Source of the DNA: Squalus acanthias
Taxonomy: Eukaryota
Length of the DNA: 64,000 bases
Direction: 5' to 3'
NCBI GenBank assembly: GCA_030390025.1
Contig: CM059432.1
Coordinates: forward strand, 84,322,001-84,386,000
A program made the translations under genes and the position numbers. Shown piece after piece: positions 36,896 through 49,785 of the stretch (positions within the stretch are counted from its first letter, which is position 1; every line of letters starts with the position of its first letter). The notes beneath the pieces were generated by a model that was not told the origin of the DNA, did not search any database, and saw only the letters and a list, made by a program, of their open reading frames with translations.

Positions 36896-38262
36896 ATGGT
36901 GACACAAAGGCAGAGGGCTGCACCAAATTCTACGATGCCTCCCTTGATGTTCTGCTGCAGACAGTTAGAGCAGGCAGCGAGGTCCTCTTCCTCAGCGATA
37001 GATGAGAAAGACCACATAAAGACACAAAAAGGGCATGGTCGGAGATTGCAGAGGAGGTCCGTAGCAGGGATGTGGTCAGGAGGACGTGGATCCAGTGCCG
37101 GAAAAGATTCAATGATCTCATGAGGTCAGGAAAGGTGAGTGCAATTCCACACTCACCTACATCCTGCTGTGCCTGTCACCCCAACCCCATCACTGCCTTC
37201 CCAAGCCTACTCCTGCACATCATTCCTCACACTAACCTACATTGCATGTTCACCCATCCCTCTCTGTCTATGTACCTACTCACATCCCCATCTGACTAAC
37301 CACCACTGACACTCCCCCTCATCCTAATGCAATCATAGCAAGTAACTCCACAGAAGGAGGCCATTTGGCAATGTCACGCCATTCCCTCATAGTCACCCTC
37401 TACAGATGTAGCCCATCCATTCCTTATACTCATTCCATCACTCTCACTCAAAGTTCTCTTCTTTCCCTCCTTGCAGGAGAAGAGAGCCCACCACAGTAGG
37501 GAGAGGCTGAGAATCGGAGGTGGCCCTCCAGTCTTCACTCAATTGACACCAGCAGAGCAGGGGGCCCTGGAGATATCAGGAGTTGCAGAGCTGCTGGCGG
37601 TGGAAGACAGAGCGAGGGGGACATCCCAGCAACCTGGTGACAGAATTACATCTCATACAGCCTCATGGCATACAGCAGTCACTCATATGGTGACTGATGT
37701 CAGCAGCCAGTGAAATGTCATCATGTGCATAATGGTAACATTACCGATTCTTAATATAACACTTCTAAATCATCTCTTTACTCTCCCACAGGTCCATCAA
37801 GTGTCCTCCCACCCCCACATTTTCCAGCTGGAGCAGTTAGACGACTCCTCAGAGGAAGTTCCAGCCTCTAGTGGTGCAGCATCAGCAGACCCAAGCACAG
37901 CCAGCACTAGCGCAGATACGCACACCTCGGTGGGTCCTGTGCGAGATAGGGTAGCGTTGTCACCTGGTGTCTCTCACATCACAAGTGAGCAAGAGCAGAT
38001 GGTGTTGACTGGGACAGCAGTGGAGACTCCTCGCTGGAGGGCACAGGACACTCCAAGCTCTGCTGAGCTGCATGCAGATGCTAAACCTCGGCGCTCATCG
38101 AGAAAGAGGGTGATCTTGGAGGGGCAGCAACAATTGCAGGAGGCTCTGGCAGCTTTTGCAGCCACGATGTCTGCAAATGTGCAGAGAATGGAGGAATCCA
38201 TCTCCAACATGAGAACCACCATCTTGCAGGCGATGGCGACGATGTGCTGTTCCATGGAATAG
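36896..38262 (+). pseudogene. Harbinger Myb/SANT-like gene (exons 36896-37134, 37477-37636, 37792-38262), truncated
   Basis: MVTQRQRAAP...VRRTWIQCRKRFNDLMRSGK|EKRAHHSRER; frameshift in exon 1. Confidence 0.8.
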
Positions 38263-38266
38263 CTGG

Positions 38267-39030
38267 TCACCTAGAGTCATGACAGCTGCCAGGGAATCTG
38301 GTGCACACATGCATGATGATCTTTTTATGATTGTAGATGAGCAGCACATTGAGGGAGTGGAAGCCCTTGCGGTTCACAAACACTCCTGGGTGATGATGGG
38401 GTGCCTTGATGGCCACATGTGTGCTGTCGATGACGCCCTGCACCTGTGGGAAGCCAGCCAGAGCTGCAAAGCTGAGCGCCCGCTCAGTAACACTGGCCTC
38501 ATCAGTGGCAAAGTTGACATTATTGGTTGACTTGTGAAACATGGCATCGGTCACCTGGATGATACATCTGTGGACAGCTGACTGCGAGAACCCGCAAATA
38601 TCAGTTGCAGATCCCTGGAAAGAGCCTGAGGTGAAGAAGTTGAGGGCGGTGGTGACTTTGACAGCCACTGGTAAGGCGTGTCCACCAGGTCCTCTGGGCA
38701 GCAGGTCTTGTTCCAGCAAGCTACAAATGTCTGCGACGATCTGGCGCGATAACCTGAGCCTGCTGAAGCATTGTTGCTCAGTCATGTCCAGGAAGCTCAT
38801 CCTCTGCCTGTATACCCTGTGTTGGGGGTATTGTCTCCGGTGCGGTGCAGCCCTGTGCTGACCCCCTCCTGTGCAGCATCAGGTCTTTGAGGAGAAGGCT
38901 GCTGTTGTGGTTGCTGCTGCTGCTGCTGGTATTGTGGCTGCTGCTGCTGGTGTGGCTGGTGTTGGTGCTGTGACTCATCTTGGTCCGATTCTGAGGTCCA
39001 AGATCAGACAGTAAGGGACACCTATGCTGA
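38267..39030 (-). pseudogene. Harbinger transposase N-terminal half
   Basis: [11 protein letters not shown]...[11 protein letters not shown]...[14 protein letters not shown]...[11 protein letters not shown]...PGSCHDS. Confidence 0.88.
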
Positions 39031-39342
39031 TGTAATAGATGGCAGGTAAAGTGGAGATCAGAGGCCCAATCACTGAACGCTGTGATAGTGACTAGCAATG
39101 TGGTGAGAGTGGGTTCGAGGTTGCAAAAATGACCTGCGAACTGTTGACAGCTAAATCTCTGCACAAAATGGAGTCAGCAAGAGCTTTTCCATTAGCCAAG
39201 TAATCAGGTGTAATGTGGGAGTATTTATATGTTGTTCCCAGCTCTCAATTAATGGACTCGCACAATGGCCACTGAACTTCCGCCTCCCCTTCACAGGCGA
39301 GGTTCCCGAGGTGCATGAATCCCATGCTCCACAAGTTAAACC

Positions 39343-39705
39343 ACAACAACAACAACAACTTGTATTTATATAGCACCTTTAACGTAGTAAAATGTCCCAA
39401 GGCACTGCACAGGAGTATTTTAAGATTAAAAATTTGACACCGAGCCACATAAGGATAAATTAGGGCAGGTGACCAAAAGCTTGGTCAAAGAGGTAGGTTT
39501 TAAAGGAGGAAAGAGAGTTCATGAGGCGGAGAGGTTTAGGCAGGGAATTCCAGAGCTTAGGGCCTAGGCAACAGGAGGCACGGCCATCAAAGGTTGAGCG
39601 ATTATAATCAGGGATGCTCAAGAGGGCAGAATTAGAGGAGCGCAGATATCTCGGGGGGGTTGTGGGGCTGAAGCAGATTACAGAGATAGGAAGGGCCATG
39701 GAGGC
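39343..39705 (-). mobile_element. L2 LINE 3' end
   Basis: GPKLWNSLP...SSFKTYLFDQAF; tail GGTGCTATATAAATACAAG(TTG)n on the minus strand. Confidence 0.75.
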
Positions 39706-39915
39706 CAAAATCTGCTGTTAAAAACCCTCTTAAGGGTCTCTTAACAAGCATTTATGTACTTGAATGAGGTCGTCCACCTCTCCCGAGCGGGTCCATGGTG
39801 TACTGGCAAATGCGCCCGAGTTAAATGCGGAAGTCGGTGGGATGACGGCGGTTTCCGATTATTGCTGCTGACCCGCCCCCAAACCCGCATGCTTGGGACT
39901 GGGAAAATTCCGGCC

Positions 39916-40302
39916 AATAGTGTTCGCGCTGAACGTTCCCTGAACTCGATTGTGTTAGCGCTATGCATTCTCTGAACTCGATTATCTTAGTGCTGTGCAT
40001 TCTCCGAACTCAATATTGTCAGCCCTATACATTTTCTGAACTCAATAGTGCCAGCGCTGTGCATTCACAAACTTGCTAGTGTTAGCACTATGCTTTCTCT
40101 GAACTCGATAGTATTAGGGCTTTGTGTTCCCTGAACTTGATAGTATTAGCACTGTGCGTTCTCTGAACACGGTAGTGTTGGTACTGTGTGTTCTCTGAAC
40201 TCAGTACTGGTAGCACTGTACGTTCTGTGAACTCGATAATGTTAGCGCTGTGTGTTCTGTGAACTCAATAGTGTTAGCGCAGTCTATTCACTGAAATCAG
40301 TA
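39916..40302. repeat. 32-bp minisatellite block 4 (about 12 units)
   Basis: Same unit and orientation as 26560-27386. Confidence 0.92.
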
Positions 40303-40304
40303 GA

Positions 40305-42560
40305 TTTTTTAAAATTTTATTCGTTCCTGGGATGTGGGCATCGTTGGCAAGGCCAGCATTTATTGCCCACCCCTAATTGCCCTTGAGAAGGTAGTGGTGA
40401 GCCGCCTTCTTGAACCGCAGCAGTCCGCGTGGTGAAGGTACTCCCATAGTGCTGTTAGGGAGGGAGTTCCAGGATTTTGACCCAGCAACGATGAAGGAAT
40501 GGTGATATTTTTCCAAGCCAGGATGGTGTGTGTGACTTGGAGGGGAACTTGGAGGTGTTCCCATGCGCCTGCTTCCCTTGTCCTTCGAGGTGGTAGAGGT
40601 TGCGGGTTTGGGAGGTACTGTCGAAGAAGCCTTGGGGTATTGTTGCAGTGCATCTTGTAGATGGTACACACTGCAGCCATGGTGCGCCGGTGGTGGAGGA
40701 AGTAAATGTTTAAGGTGGTGGATGGGGTGCCAATCAAGTGGGCTGCTTTGTCCTGGATGGTGTTGAGCTTCTTGAGTGTTGTTGGAGCTGCACTCATCCA
40801 GGCAAGTGGAGAGTATTCCATCACACTCCTGACTTGCGCCTTGTAGATGGTGGAAAGGCTTTGGAGAGTCAGGAGTTGAGACACTCATAGCAAAATACCT
40901 AGCCTCTGACCTGTTCTTGTAACAACAGTATTTATGTGGCTGGTCCAGTTACGTTTCTGGTCAATGGTGACCCCCCAGGATGTTGATGGTGGGGGATTCA
41001 GCGATGATAATGCCATTGAATGTCAAGGGGCGGTGGTTAGACTCTCTCTTGTAGGAGATAGTCATTGCCTGGCACTTCTGAGCGCGAATGTTACTTGCCA
41101 CTTTTCAGCCCAAGCCTGAATGTCGTCCAGGTCTTGCTGTATGCGGGCATAAACTGCTTCATTATCTGAGATGTTGCGAATGGAACTGAACACTGTTCAA
41201 TCATCAGCAAACATCCCCACTTTTAACCTTATGATGGAGGGAAGGTCATTGATGAAGCAGCTGAAGATGGCTGGGCCTAGGACAGTGCCCTGAGGAACTC
41301 CTGCAGCGATGTCCTGGGGCTGAGATGATTGGCCTCCAACAACCACAACCATCTTTCTTTGTGCAAGTTTGACTCCAGCCAGTGGAGAGTTTTCCCCCTG
41401 ATTCCCCTTGACCTCAATTTTACTAGGGCTCCTTGATGCCACACTCGGTCAAATGCTGCTTTGATGTCAAGGGCAGTCAATCTCACCTCACCTCTGGAAT
41501 TCAGCTCTTTTATCCATGTTTGGACCAAGGCTGTAATGATGTCTGGAGCTGAGTGGTCCTGGAGGAACCGAAACTGAGCATCAGTGAGCAGGTTATTGGT
41601 GAGTAAGTGCCGCTTGATAGCACTGTCGATAACATCTTCCATCACTTTGCTGATGATTGAGAGTAGACTGATGGCGCGGTAATTGGCCGGATTGGATTTG
41701 TCCTGCTCTTTGTGGACAGGAGATACCTGGGCAGTTTTCCACATTGTTGGGTAGATGCCAGTGCTGTAGCACTACTGGAACTGCTTGGGTAGAGGTGCAG
41801 CTAGTTCTGGAGCACAAATCTTCAGCACGACAGCCGGGATATTGTCAGGCCCATAGCCTTTGCTGTATCCATTGCGATCAGCCGTTTCTTGATATCACGT
41901 GGATTGAATCGAATTAGCGGAAGACTTGCTTATGTGATGGTGGGGTCCTCAGGAGGAGGCCGAGAAGTATCATCCTCTCGGCACTTCTGGCTGAAGATGG
42001 TTGCAAGCGCTTCAGCCTTGTCTTTTGCACTCTCGTGCTGGGCTCCACCATCATTGAGGATGGGGATGTTCATGGAGCCCCCTCCTCTCATAAGTTGTTT
42101 AATGGTCCACCACCATTCACGACTGGATGTGGCAGGACTGCAAACCTTGATTTGATCTGTTGGTTGTGGGATCACTTAGCTCTGTCTATAACATGCTGCT
42201 TCTATTGTTTAGCATGCATGTAGTCCTGTGTTACAGCTTCCCAAGGTTGGCACCTCATTTGTAGGTAAGCCAGGTGCTGCTCTAGGCATGCTCTTCTACA
42301 CTCCTTATTGAATCAGGGTTGGTCGCCTGGCTTGATGGTAATGGTAGAATGAGGGATATGCCAAGCCATGAGGTTACAGATTGTGGTGGAATACAATTCT
42401 GCTGCTGCTGATGGTCCACAGCGCCTCATGGATTCCCAGTTTTGAGCTGCTAGATCTGTTCTGAATCTATATCATTTAGCACGGTGGTAGTGCCACACAA
42501 CACAATGGAGGGTGTCCTCAGTGTGAAAATGGGATTTCGCCTCCACAAGGACTGTGTGGT
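40305..42560 (-). mobile_element. Family-B LINE, 5'-truncated
   Basis: WKTAQVSPVH, ALDIKAAFDRVWH, GVPQGTVLGP, MFADD, MEYSPLAW. Confidence 0.88.
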
Positions 42561-42564
42561 GATC

Positions 42565-42774
42565 AAATTATTCAGTATTCTGCCAGATGTGATGCTACAT
42601 AGAAGAGAAACAATGGTGGATGCAAAATTGATAATAGTTTTTAGAAGGGAAGTGCAGGAATATTTGAAAGAGAAAAAATTAGAAGAGGATGGGGACTATG
42701 TCAATAGCTGTTTTGCAAAGTCGGCACAGATGCTATCGGCCAAATGGCCTCCTTCTCTGCTGTAAAAATACTAT
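42565..42774 (+). mobile_element. Old CR1 3' end
   Basis: GGCCAAATGGCCTCCTTCT...; the tail is split by the following Harbinger. Confidence 0.55.
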
Positions 42775-44073
42775 GGGCTAGAAATTCATTATAGCCCAGG
42801 AATGGGCGGCATTTTTAGAAAGGTTTGAGAATTAGTGCCAGACTGCATGCAAAATTCATTCTCACTGCTCAAAGAAATGATTGGAGCACTAAATCAAGTC
42901 ATAAAGGCCTAGCTCAGTGATGTTACACTCAAAGGGTGGACCAATATCGGGTGCAGTCTAATCTCAACTCATCATTGCCAAAGGCTTTTCCCAGTACTTA
43001 AAGGGGAGGTTCATTGATACTGCAGCACCTCATTCTCAGCATTGCTGGCTGTGCAGCTGCCTCAGCAAGGAGAAGCACAACAAAGCGAAGGAGCCAGAGG
43101 ACTGATGCAGGTGTGCTCATGGCGGATCCACCATCTGTACCACAAGCTTCACACACTGCCCAAAGCACCAGACCCCCAGCACTCACTCACCAACAATCTC
43201 TACCGACCAACACTCACACCCACATCTCACGCCTTGCACACAATGACAGCTATTCAGCTATGGCAGGCACAAGGGTCATTAGTTATTAGAATGAATGTGA
43301 TATGGGTGATATGTTTATGCATAAATTTATTAATGAAGTGTGCAATATTTTGTGGTCTCTCTCATTTCACCTTTGCGCCCAGGAGGACGCTGTGATATGG
43401 CATGACACAGGGATGGTATGATGGGCATGCAGTGAGCAAAAGGGATCTGGGATTTAAGTCATCCTGGTGAGAGCCCTGATGTCCCTCCTCATCCCTCTGT
43501 GCACATGTTCCCATATTTCTGGCTTCATACGCTCCCTCCGCCGTAGATCCTGGAGGGCGAAGTGGCACCCCAGTACAGCCCCCATTAATGTTGCCAAGTG
43601 TAGCAGTTTGAATCTTTGAACAATAAAAGTAGGCACTTTGCACTTGCCAGAACAATGCTGATAAAAAAGAACCTTGAAATTACTCATGCAAATTCATCCA
43701 CTAGCTGAAACTGACAAGAGACCACAGAATCTAACCTGCCGTGACAGCTGCCAGTGATTAAATAACATCCCTGGAGCTGGCGTCCTGCAGCTGTACGCCT
43801 CCTCTCCCTGTCGCTGTCTGGTCGAGGCGCAAAGGTAAGTGTCCATAATGAATTTGGCAGAGGGGGTGCCCAGTGAGTGTTGCACGCTCACTGACATCAT
43901 GATCTGCCTGGCGTTGAAGTCCCCGGTGGTACCTCATACCGGCGTCGCAACGGGTGGTTCGGATTTGCCGTGCGCCACCGGATTCACCTCGCCCTGGCAC
44001 TACTGCATCAGCACCCCGTTAGCGCCAGCTGCAGGCGCTAACAGGAGGCGCTAACCAACTGAATTTTTCCCCC
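42775..44073 (+). mobile_element. Internally deleted Harbinger (27387 subfamily), 1.3 kb
   Basis: TIRs GGGCTAGAAATTCA / TGAATTTTTCCCCC; TSD TAT / TGT; three GTTAGCGCC motifs at about 44018-44054. Confidence 0.82.
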
Positions 44074-44413
44074 TGTGATTTATGTTAACCAGTTTATTAA
44101 AAGCACTAACTGCTTTACCAGCTCTAGCTATCCCTCTCTTCTGAATATTGTAGGTGAAGTGCTCTACGTTCTGTAATGTGGAACATTATATGTGACCATA
44201 AAAACAAATGCTAATAGACCTGTGCATTTCTGATATTTTGTGGTTTTATTTCATATTTCCAATATTCCAATATTTTTTAATGATACAGGACCACACATTT
44301 CTATCCAGAACAAATTAAATAAAACATTAGATGCTAAATGAAAATGAGATAACCTTAAAGTTAAATGGAGTGATTGTGTATGTCATCATTATCTTGACTA
44401 CAGTAGACAAAGT

Positions 44414-44570
44414 GGGATAAATTTTTGTCTTCACTGCCTTGGCGGTAATACAGATCACCTACCCATTGTAGAACCCGTCTGATTCTCATTCCATTTAAAC
44501 AATCAATTGAGAATCAGGTGATCCGCTCTGTCAGAATACTGCCCAGGCAGTGAAGATGGATATTTACCCC
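44414..44570. mobile_element. Short palindromic Harbinger-type MITE (157 bp)
   Basis: Imperfect inverted arms of about 35 bp, starting GGGATAAAT and ending ATTTACCCC; TSD AGT on both sides. Confidence 0.75.
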
Positions 44571-45663
44571 AGTGACTGGAAACAATTTGCATAAGAAAAT
44601 TAAAGGCAGACGCTTAAAGAAAAAGGTAACTAAATTGTTTGTATGGAATTGTTTTGGGAAACAGCACATTTTTGGAACAGAATAGATGTAAAGATCAAAT
44701 GACAAATTAAATAGTGCACTATTGTTCATCTCAGAGGGAAGTTATGTCTTGGGTCATATTTATTAACTTAAAGGTACTTTTGCAGAACATACCAGATAAA
44801 CTTGAAAATTAGTTCACAGTGAGTTCCTGTATCATACTCTCTAAATCAATTTAGAAATACATTTGAAAGAATCTCTTAATTTCTGTATCAAAATTGAGTA
44901 CTGGGTGTGGTGGGATTCACATATTTGATCCTCAATGTTCCTGTACAATAGTGAGCAGTTGTCGCTCGAGTATTGTTTTGGCCTTGCATTCTAACCGTAT
45001 GAGCTAAAAATCCTCTGAGCATTTTGATAAGAGTCAAGAAAATAAAGAAAAAGCAAGATCTGCCTTTGGTAGCTAAATGAAGACACAGTGAAGTAAAACA
45101 GTAGTCCCTCTGCCACTGCCTTACTCAATCCATATGTGAACTTAAAGTACAGGAAATACCCGCCGTTCACTGCAATCAGGCTAGAGGCCTGGTAATCCAT
45201 AAGCGCCTTGAGGAACTAATTGGGCTCTATTACGATAGTCACTGACACAAGAAAGCAGTTTAGACAGCTGAAGCTTGAATATCCAAAATATTGTAAAACA
45301 TCACAGGCAAAAAAATATGCCAAGTGAAAATATAGAAGTAAGGAGGGGGTTGCTTTAGAGAAGACTAAACACAGTTTGAGGAAAAGATTAAAAGCATTTG
45401 GCTTTTATAATTATAAGCTACTCACATCTAATGAATTGTGTGTTCATAAACTGCCATTTGGAACAAATACATTTATTGGTTATTTCTTTTAAAGTATATT
45501 TTTCTCTATTTATTAATTTTAACAAAGAGGTATAGTTGTAGGGGCAGATTTTGTTTTTTGTGTGTGGATATAAGTAATTATCTGGGTGGAAGACATAGAG
45601 GAAAATCAGGCTGGGGAGGATCACACATTTGTTACAGAGTCTACCCGATTTAAAAAAAACATT

Positions 45664-47797
45664 GGCCTAGAATTTCGAGTAGGCCGGAAACCTGCCGGTG
45701 GCACTGCGGGCCGAAGTTAACTGCCGCCCGCAAAAAGAGTGCAGACAGCACTGGTATTTTGATGCTGCCTGCTGATTTACACTAGCGCATCACAAAACCT
45801 GCAGTGTAACGCGCTGTTTCAGGTGGCAGTCTCAGCAGGAGGCCCCATGTAGCGTGGCCGTAGCTTCCCTGGAGCGAGGCAGCGTTGTCTTAAAGCTAGC
45901 CTGTCATTTTAGAAAACAGTGTCGATCCCCTAAAGGGGAACAGGCTTCTAAAATTAAAAAAATTAATATCATTTAAAAATAGGCAGTCTTTAACCCTTAG
46001 AGCTCAACTGCCTTCTGAAAATTTTTTTTTAATTAATTCCGAAATGGCAATCTTCAGCTCTTAAAGCTGAACTGCCTTCCGCATGTAAAAAAAAAATGAT
46101 AAAAGGGCTTCAGCACTAACACAAATGGCTTAACAAGCCAGGGAAGGGGCACCCAGGATCTCACACACAGCATTCCAAATTTGTTCAGGGGTTCAACACT
46201 GTTCTCTACCCACAGGGGCCAGGAGGCCCTCTAGAAAGAATGAAATGGAACCAGATCACCGAGGCTGTCACTGCCAGCAGTGTCGCCCCCACGACCTTCT
46301 GGTCAAGGTCAATGAATGCATCTTCGAAAGCCGTCTCCTACCAACTGCACCACTAGTCTCACACACTGCTTATTGCATGACGCCCCCCCATCACTCACCT
46401 ACCGACAATCTCTACCAAACACGAGGCACACCTTCCATTCCTAGCTTCACCTCACCCCCTTGGAGGAGACGGTGCTGGCCATTTTTGGCAGGGGCATGGC
46501 TGAGCCCTTGGCCAGCAACAGGGCTGAAAGGATACAAGATGCTGGTATCCTCAAACGTTATCCTGCTTCTCACATTCCACTTCCCCTCATCCCACAATCT
46601 CTGATTAACAAGATGCGCATGGTGGAAGAAGAAGAAGAAGAAGAAGGAGAGAAGGAGGAGAAGAAAAAGAAGAAGAAGAATATTCACTTGATTTGACACT
46701 TCCAGCCACCAGCTCCTCGAGGTCGTCCTGCAAGGCCTTTTGCAGTGTCCCCCATTGAAAGTTAGCAGCCTTCCACCAGTCATGCTGCAGGCACTGGGGT
46801 AGCACTGTGTGACATCACTAGGATAAGCAAAGGCACACACAAGACAGTCACTAAGGGAATGCACAAGGGTGATTAGTTGATTTCTTGATGTCAGATTGGA
46901 TGGTTAGATGTACAAAGTTGGATTGGAAAGTTTGCTTTGTGGTGGCTTTTATTTCAGCATTGTAGCCAAGAGGACGCTGAGATGGTCAGTAACAGAGGGA
47001 TGGTAAGGTGTGGGACAAATGTTGAAAGGGGAATTGGGTTTGTGGTCACTGGTATCGTAGGCGGATGATTCCATCCTGGTCAGAAAGGGGCTGTCTGGGT
47101 TGCATCCTTCCTTCCGCTTCCTCCTCTTCTGCGACTTCCTCTTCTGCTTCTTCCTTTTCCCTCTGCGAGCAGATACTGGAATTCTGAAATAAAAGCCGAA
47201 AATGCTGGAAATACTCAGCAGGTCAGGCAGCAGCTTGACCCGAGACATTAACTCTGTTTCTCTCTCCACGGATGCAGCCTGATCTGCTGAGTATTTCCAG
47301 CATTTTCTATCTTCACAGAGGCCTTCCTTTACCATCTGAAGCCTTGTACGCATCCAACAGCACTCCCTGCGCACTTCAAAAACTTTTAACATCTATTGCA
47401 CCAAGCCACTACTTCAATAAAATGTGAAAAAAACAGTCTAAAAGCTTAAATGCAAACTTACCTGAAAGATGTGTGTGTCCCTTTAAGAAGCGCTGACAGC
47501 ATCTCTGCAGGGCTGCTTCACGCATGCTTTTCTGTGCATGCTTAGGAACCAGTGTAATGATGAGTGAAAACGTCCAAGTTAGCAGTCATGGCTTCAAGTT
47601 AGGCGTTGCACACCGATTGACGTCATGATCTGCTAATTTACATTTCAGATGCCAGCGCTGTCAATGGCAGCGCTATGGCCCTTACCAAAACGGCGGCCAC
47701 CGTGTCCCACACCGGAAGCAGCCAGAGGTGAGGCAGCCGCCATTTTTCATGAAAACTAGCATTAACGGCTGGTGCTAAGGTAAGTAATTTCTAGGCC
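45664..47797 (+). mobile_element. Degenerate Harbinger with fragmented Myb gene
   Basis: Ends GGCCTAGAATT / AATTTCTAGGCC; Myb pieces (LTPLEETVLAIFG) and acidic transposase tail on the minus strand. Confidence 0.7.
47170..47310. mobile_element. Miniature inverted Penelope remnant
   Basis: AAATGCTGGAAATACTCAGCAGGTCAGGC followed by its reverse complement. Confidence 0.7.
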
Positions 47798-49785
47798 ATA
47801 AGAAATAGGAGCAGGAGTAGGCCATACGGTCCATCGACCCTGGGCCATATGGCCCACGCCTGCTCCTATTTCTTTGCTCTGATTTTCTGTTCATTTTTTT
47901 TTAAATTGGAAGGCTCTGTTATGGATGTAAAAATGAGCAAATGGAAGAAAATATAGCCCTAAAATTAAAGTGGTCGAAAAACTAATTTGTTTTCTCTTTA
48001 TTAAATTAATTCCTTTCTTGTTTCCATGTTTGGTCCTGTTATGTTACATGTATTGGTTTGATACCAGCATCTGTTTCACAGCGACGCAAAGCAGCCGCAC
48101 TGAATTATATGAGCTTGGACCTGCTTGGAATGAGCACTCTGAAGTTAAGGTTTCCCCGGTGAGGTCCAGTGTCCAACACAGAACAGCACCTATGCCTCTT
48201 CTCAGCAGATGTCGGTACAGCTGGGCCTATGAGAGGTGTATCTGGCAGGATTCTAGGGCTAGCCTGAGAATGCTCCAAAATGTGCCCCCAACCACTGACA
48301 GGATGTAAGTGGGGCAGAGATAAGAAACAGCCATGTTGAATTGAGATAGAAACTGCAAACTGGTTCATGGGGCTGATTTTGATTTCTTGACCACCCCGTT
48401 TGCACCTGAAAACAAGATGGTAGCAGTGAGGAAATGGAGCAGAATTCAGTCCTGCTCACTTTGCAATGGGGCTGCTGAATTTTTAAGAAGCATTTTTGGT
48501 GGTGCATAGAACTCCTGTCTGAAGCAGGCAGGAGTATCTTTTACATATTTGAAAGGGTGCAGGGAAAGGGACCATTTGCAATTATTTATTTTTTTGCCAT
48601 GAGCTCTCTTTAATGGCACTAGGGATATTTGCCAATAGAGATCTTCTGAACAGATGTGATCAGAGGAAGAGGAGGAATGGTGGAGCGATGCCCGGTGGGT
48701 CAGGCTGCCTAATGGGGCTCCATGTCCTCAGACTGGCACCTACACCCTCTCTACAGCAGCGAGAGGTGACATCCCTTGCTTCAGTAGATGTTCTGTTGGT
48801 GACGACTGCTCTTCCTAGAAGTGACGGTGTCAGCCGACACCAATATGCCTGACTAACCATTCAGAAGTACCCTAATCACAGCAGGTGGTGCTTTTTGGTA
48901 CTGCCTGAAAGAAGTCATGGCAAGGCTGTCGGGGCAAATGTTGCCTGTTACCCCCCACCTGCCAAGATGATGTTAACTATTTCTGGCCTTATGACCATAA
49001 GAACCTGTCTTCTCAAGGATCTGGGTCAGCAGAAAGGCAGATGCTGAGCTGTGTTATTGCTGGATCCAGGTCAGGTGGCAAGTCTCCAGGAAAGAAAGTC
49101 AAAGTGCCCCCATTAGGGGCCACATTTTAATTTTGTTTTAAATTCTGACTTTTTTCTGGACCTCAATTGGCTTGCCAGTACACTTGGTTTCACTCAGCTA
49201 CTGAGAGGCTGGGTAGGTGGGAACTCTTGGCATTGGGAATTCCTTTCCTTGGCCTCATCCTTCCCTATACCACTTGGCTTGTTTGAGGTAGGCGGAAGCT
49301 CTGGCCTTTATAGGGCCCTGCAGACTCCTCGACGTAAGGATGGGGCCTGCTACATTTAAGTTCTGGCCTAATTTGCAGCTCTTCTGATTCCTGATGTAAT
49401 TCCAACAGCAGTGCGTGAGCCAGGGGAGCTGCGGATTTTCAATTTTCCTCTCCTATCAGTGGTGTCATCTATAAACTCAACTGAGGTTATACCTGGAGCT
49501 GTGAATAATTATCAACTGGCCTGAGACTGGGGAATCTATTTCTATTTGCACTTGAGGTTCAGGCGGATCTTAAAGCAGCGTGAACCAAATTAGAACTGAC
49601 TTACACCTGATATTGACCTCACATTCTTAACACTCTCTTGAAAGTTAAGTCTGGGGAAATTATCAAAAATATTGAGTTAATTATTTATAATTGTATATAA
49701 GTTCATCATTACCTTGTTCAAAAAGCAAGGATATTCTATTGAAAATGATCAGATTAGTATTTTATTGAAATATTATGACCCCATA

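Larger units (their letters stand above)
36592..39915 (+). mobile_element. Harbinger with central deletion removing both gene 3' ends
   Basis: TIRs GGCTGGAATCTT / AAAATTCCGGCC; TSD AAT on both sides, inside the minisatellite. Confidence 0.88.

Noticed and set aside
48366..49450. Old Harbinger-like MITE starting GGGGCTGATTTT
   Set aside because: Could not identify a matching TIR or TSD
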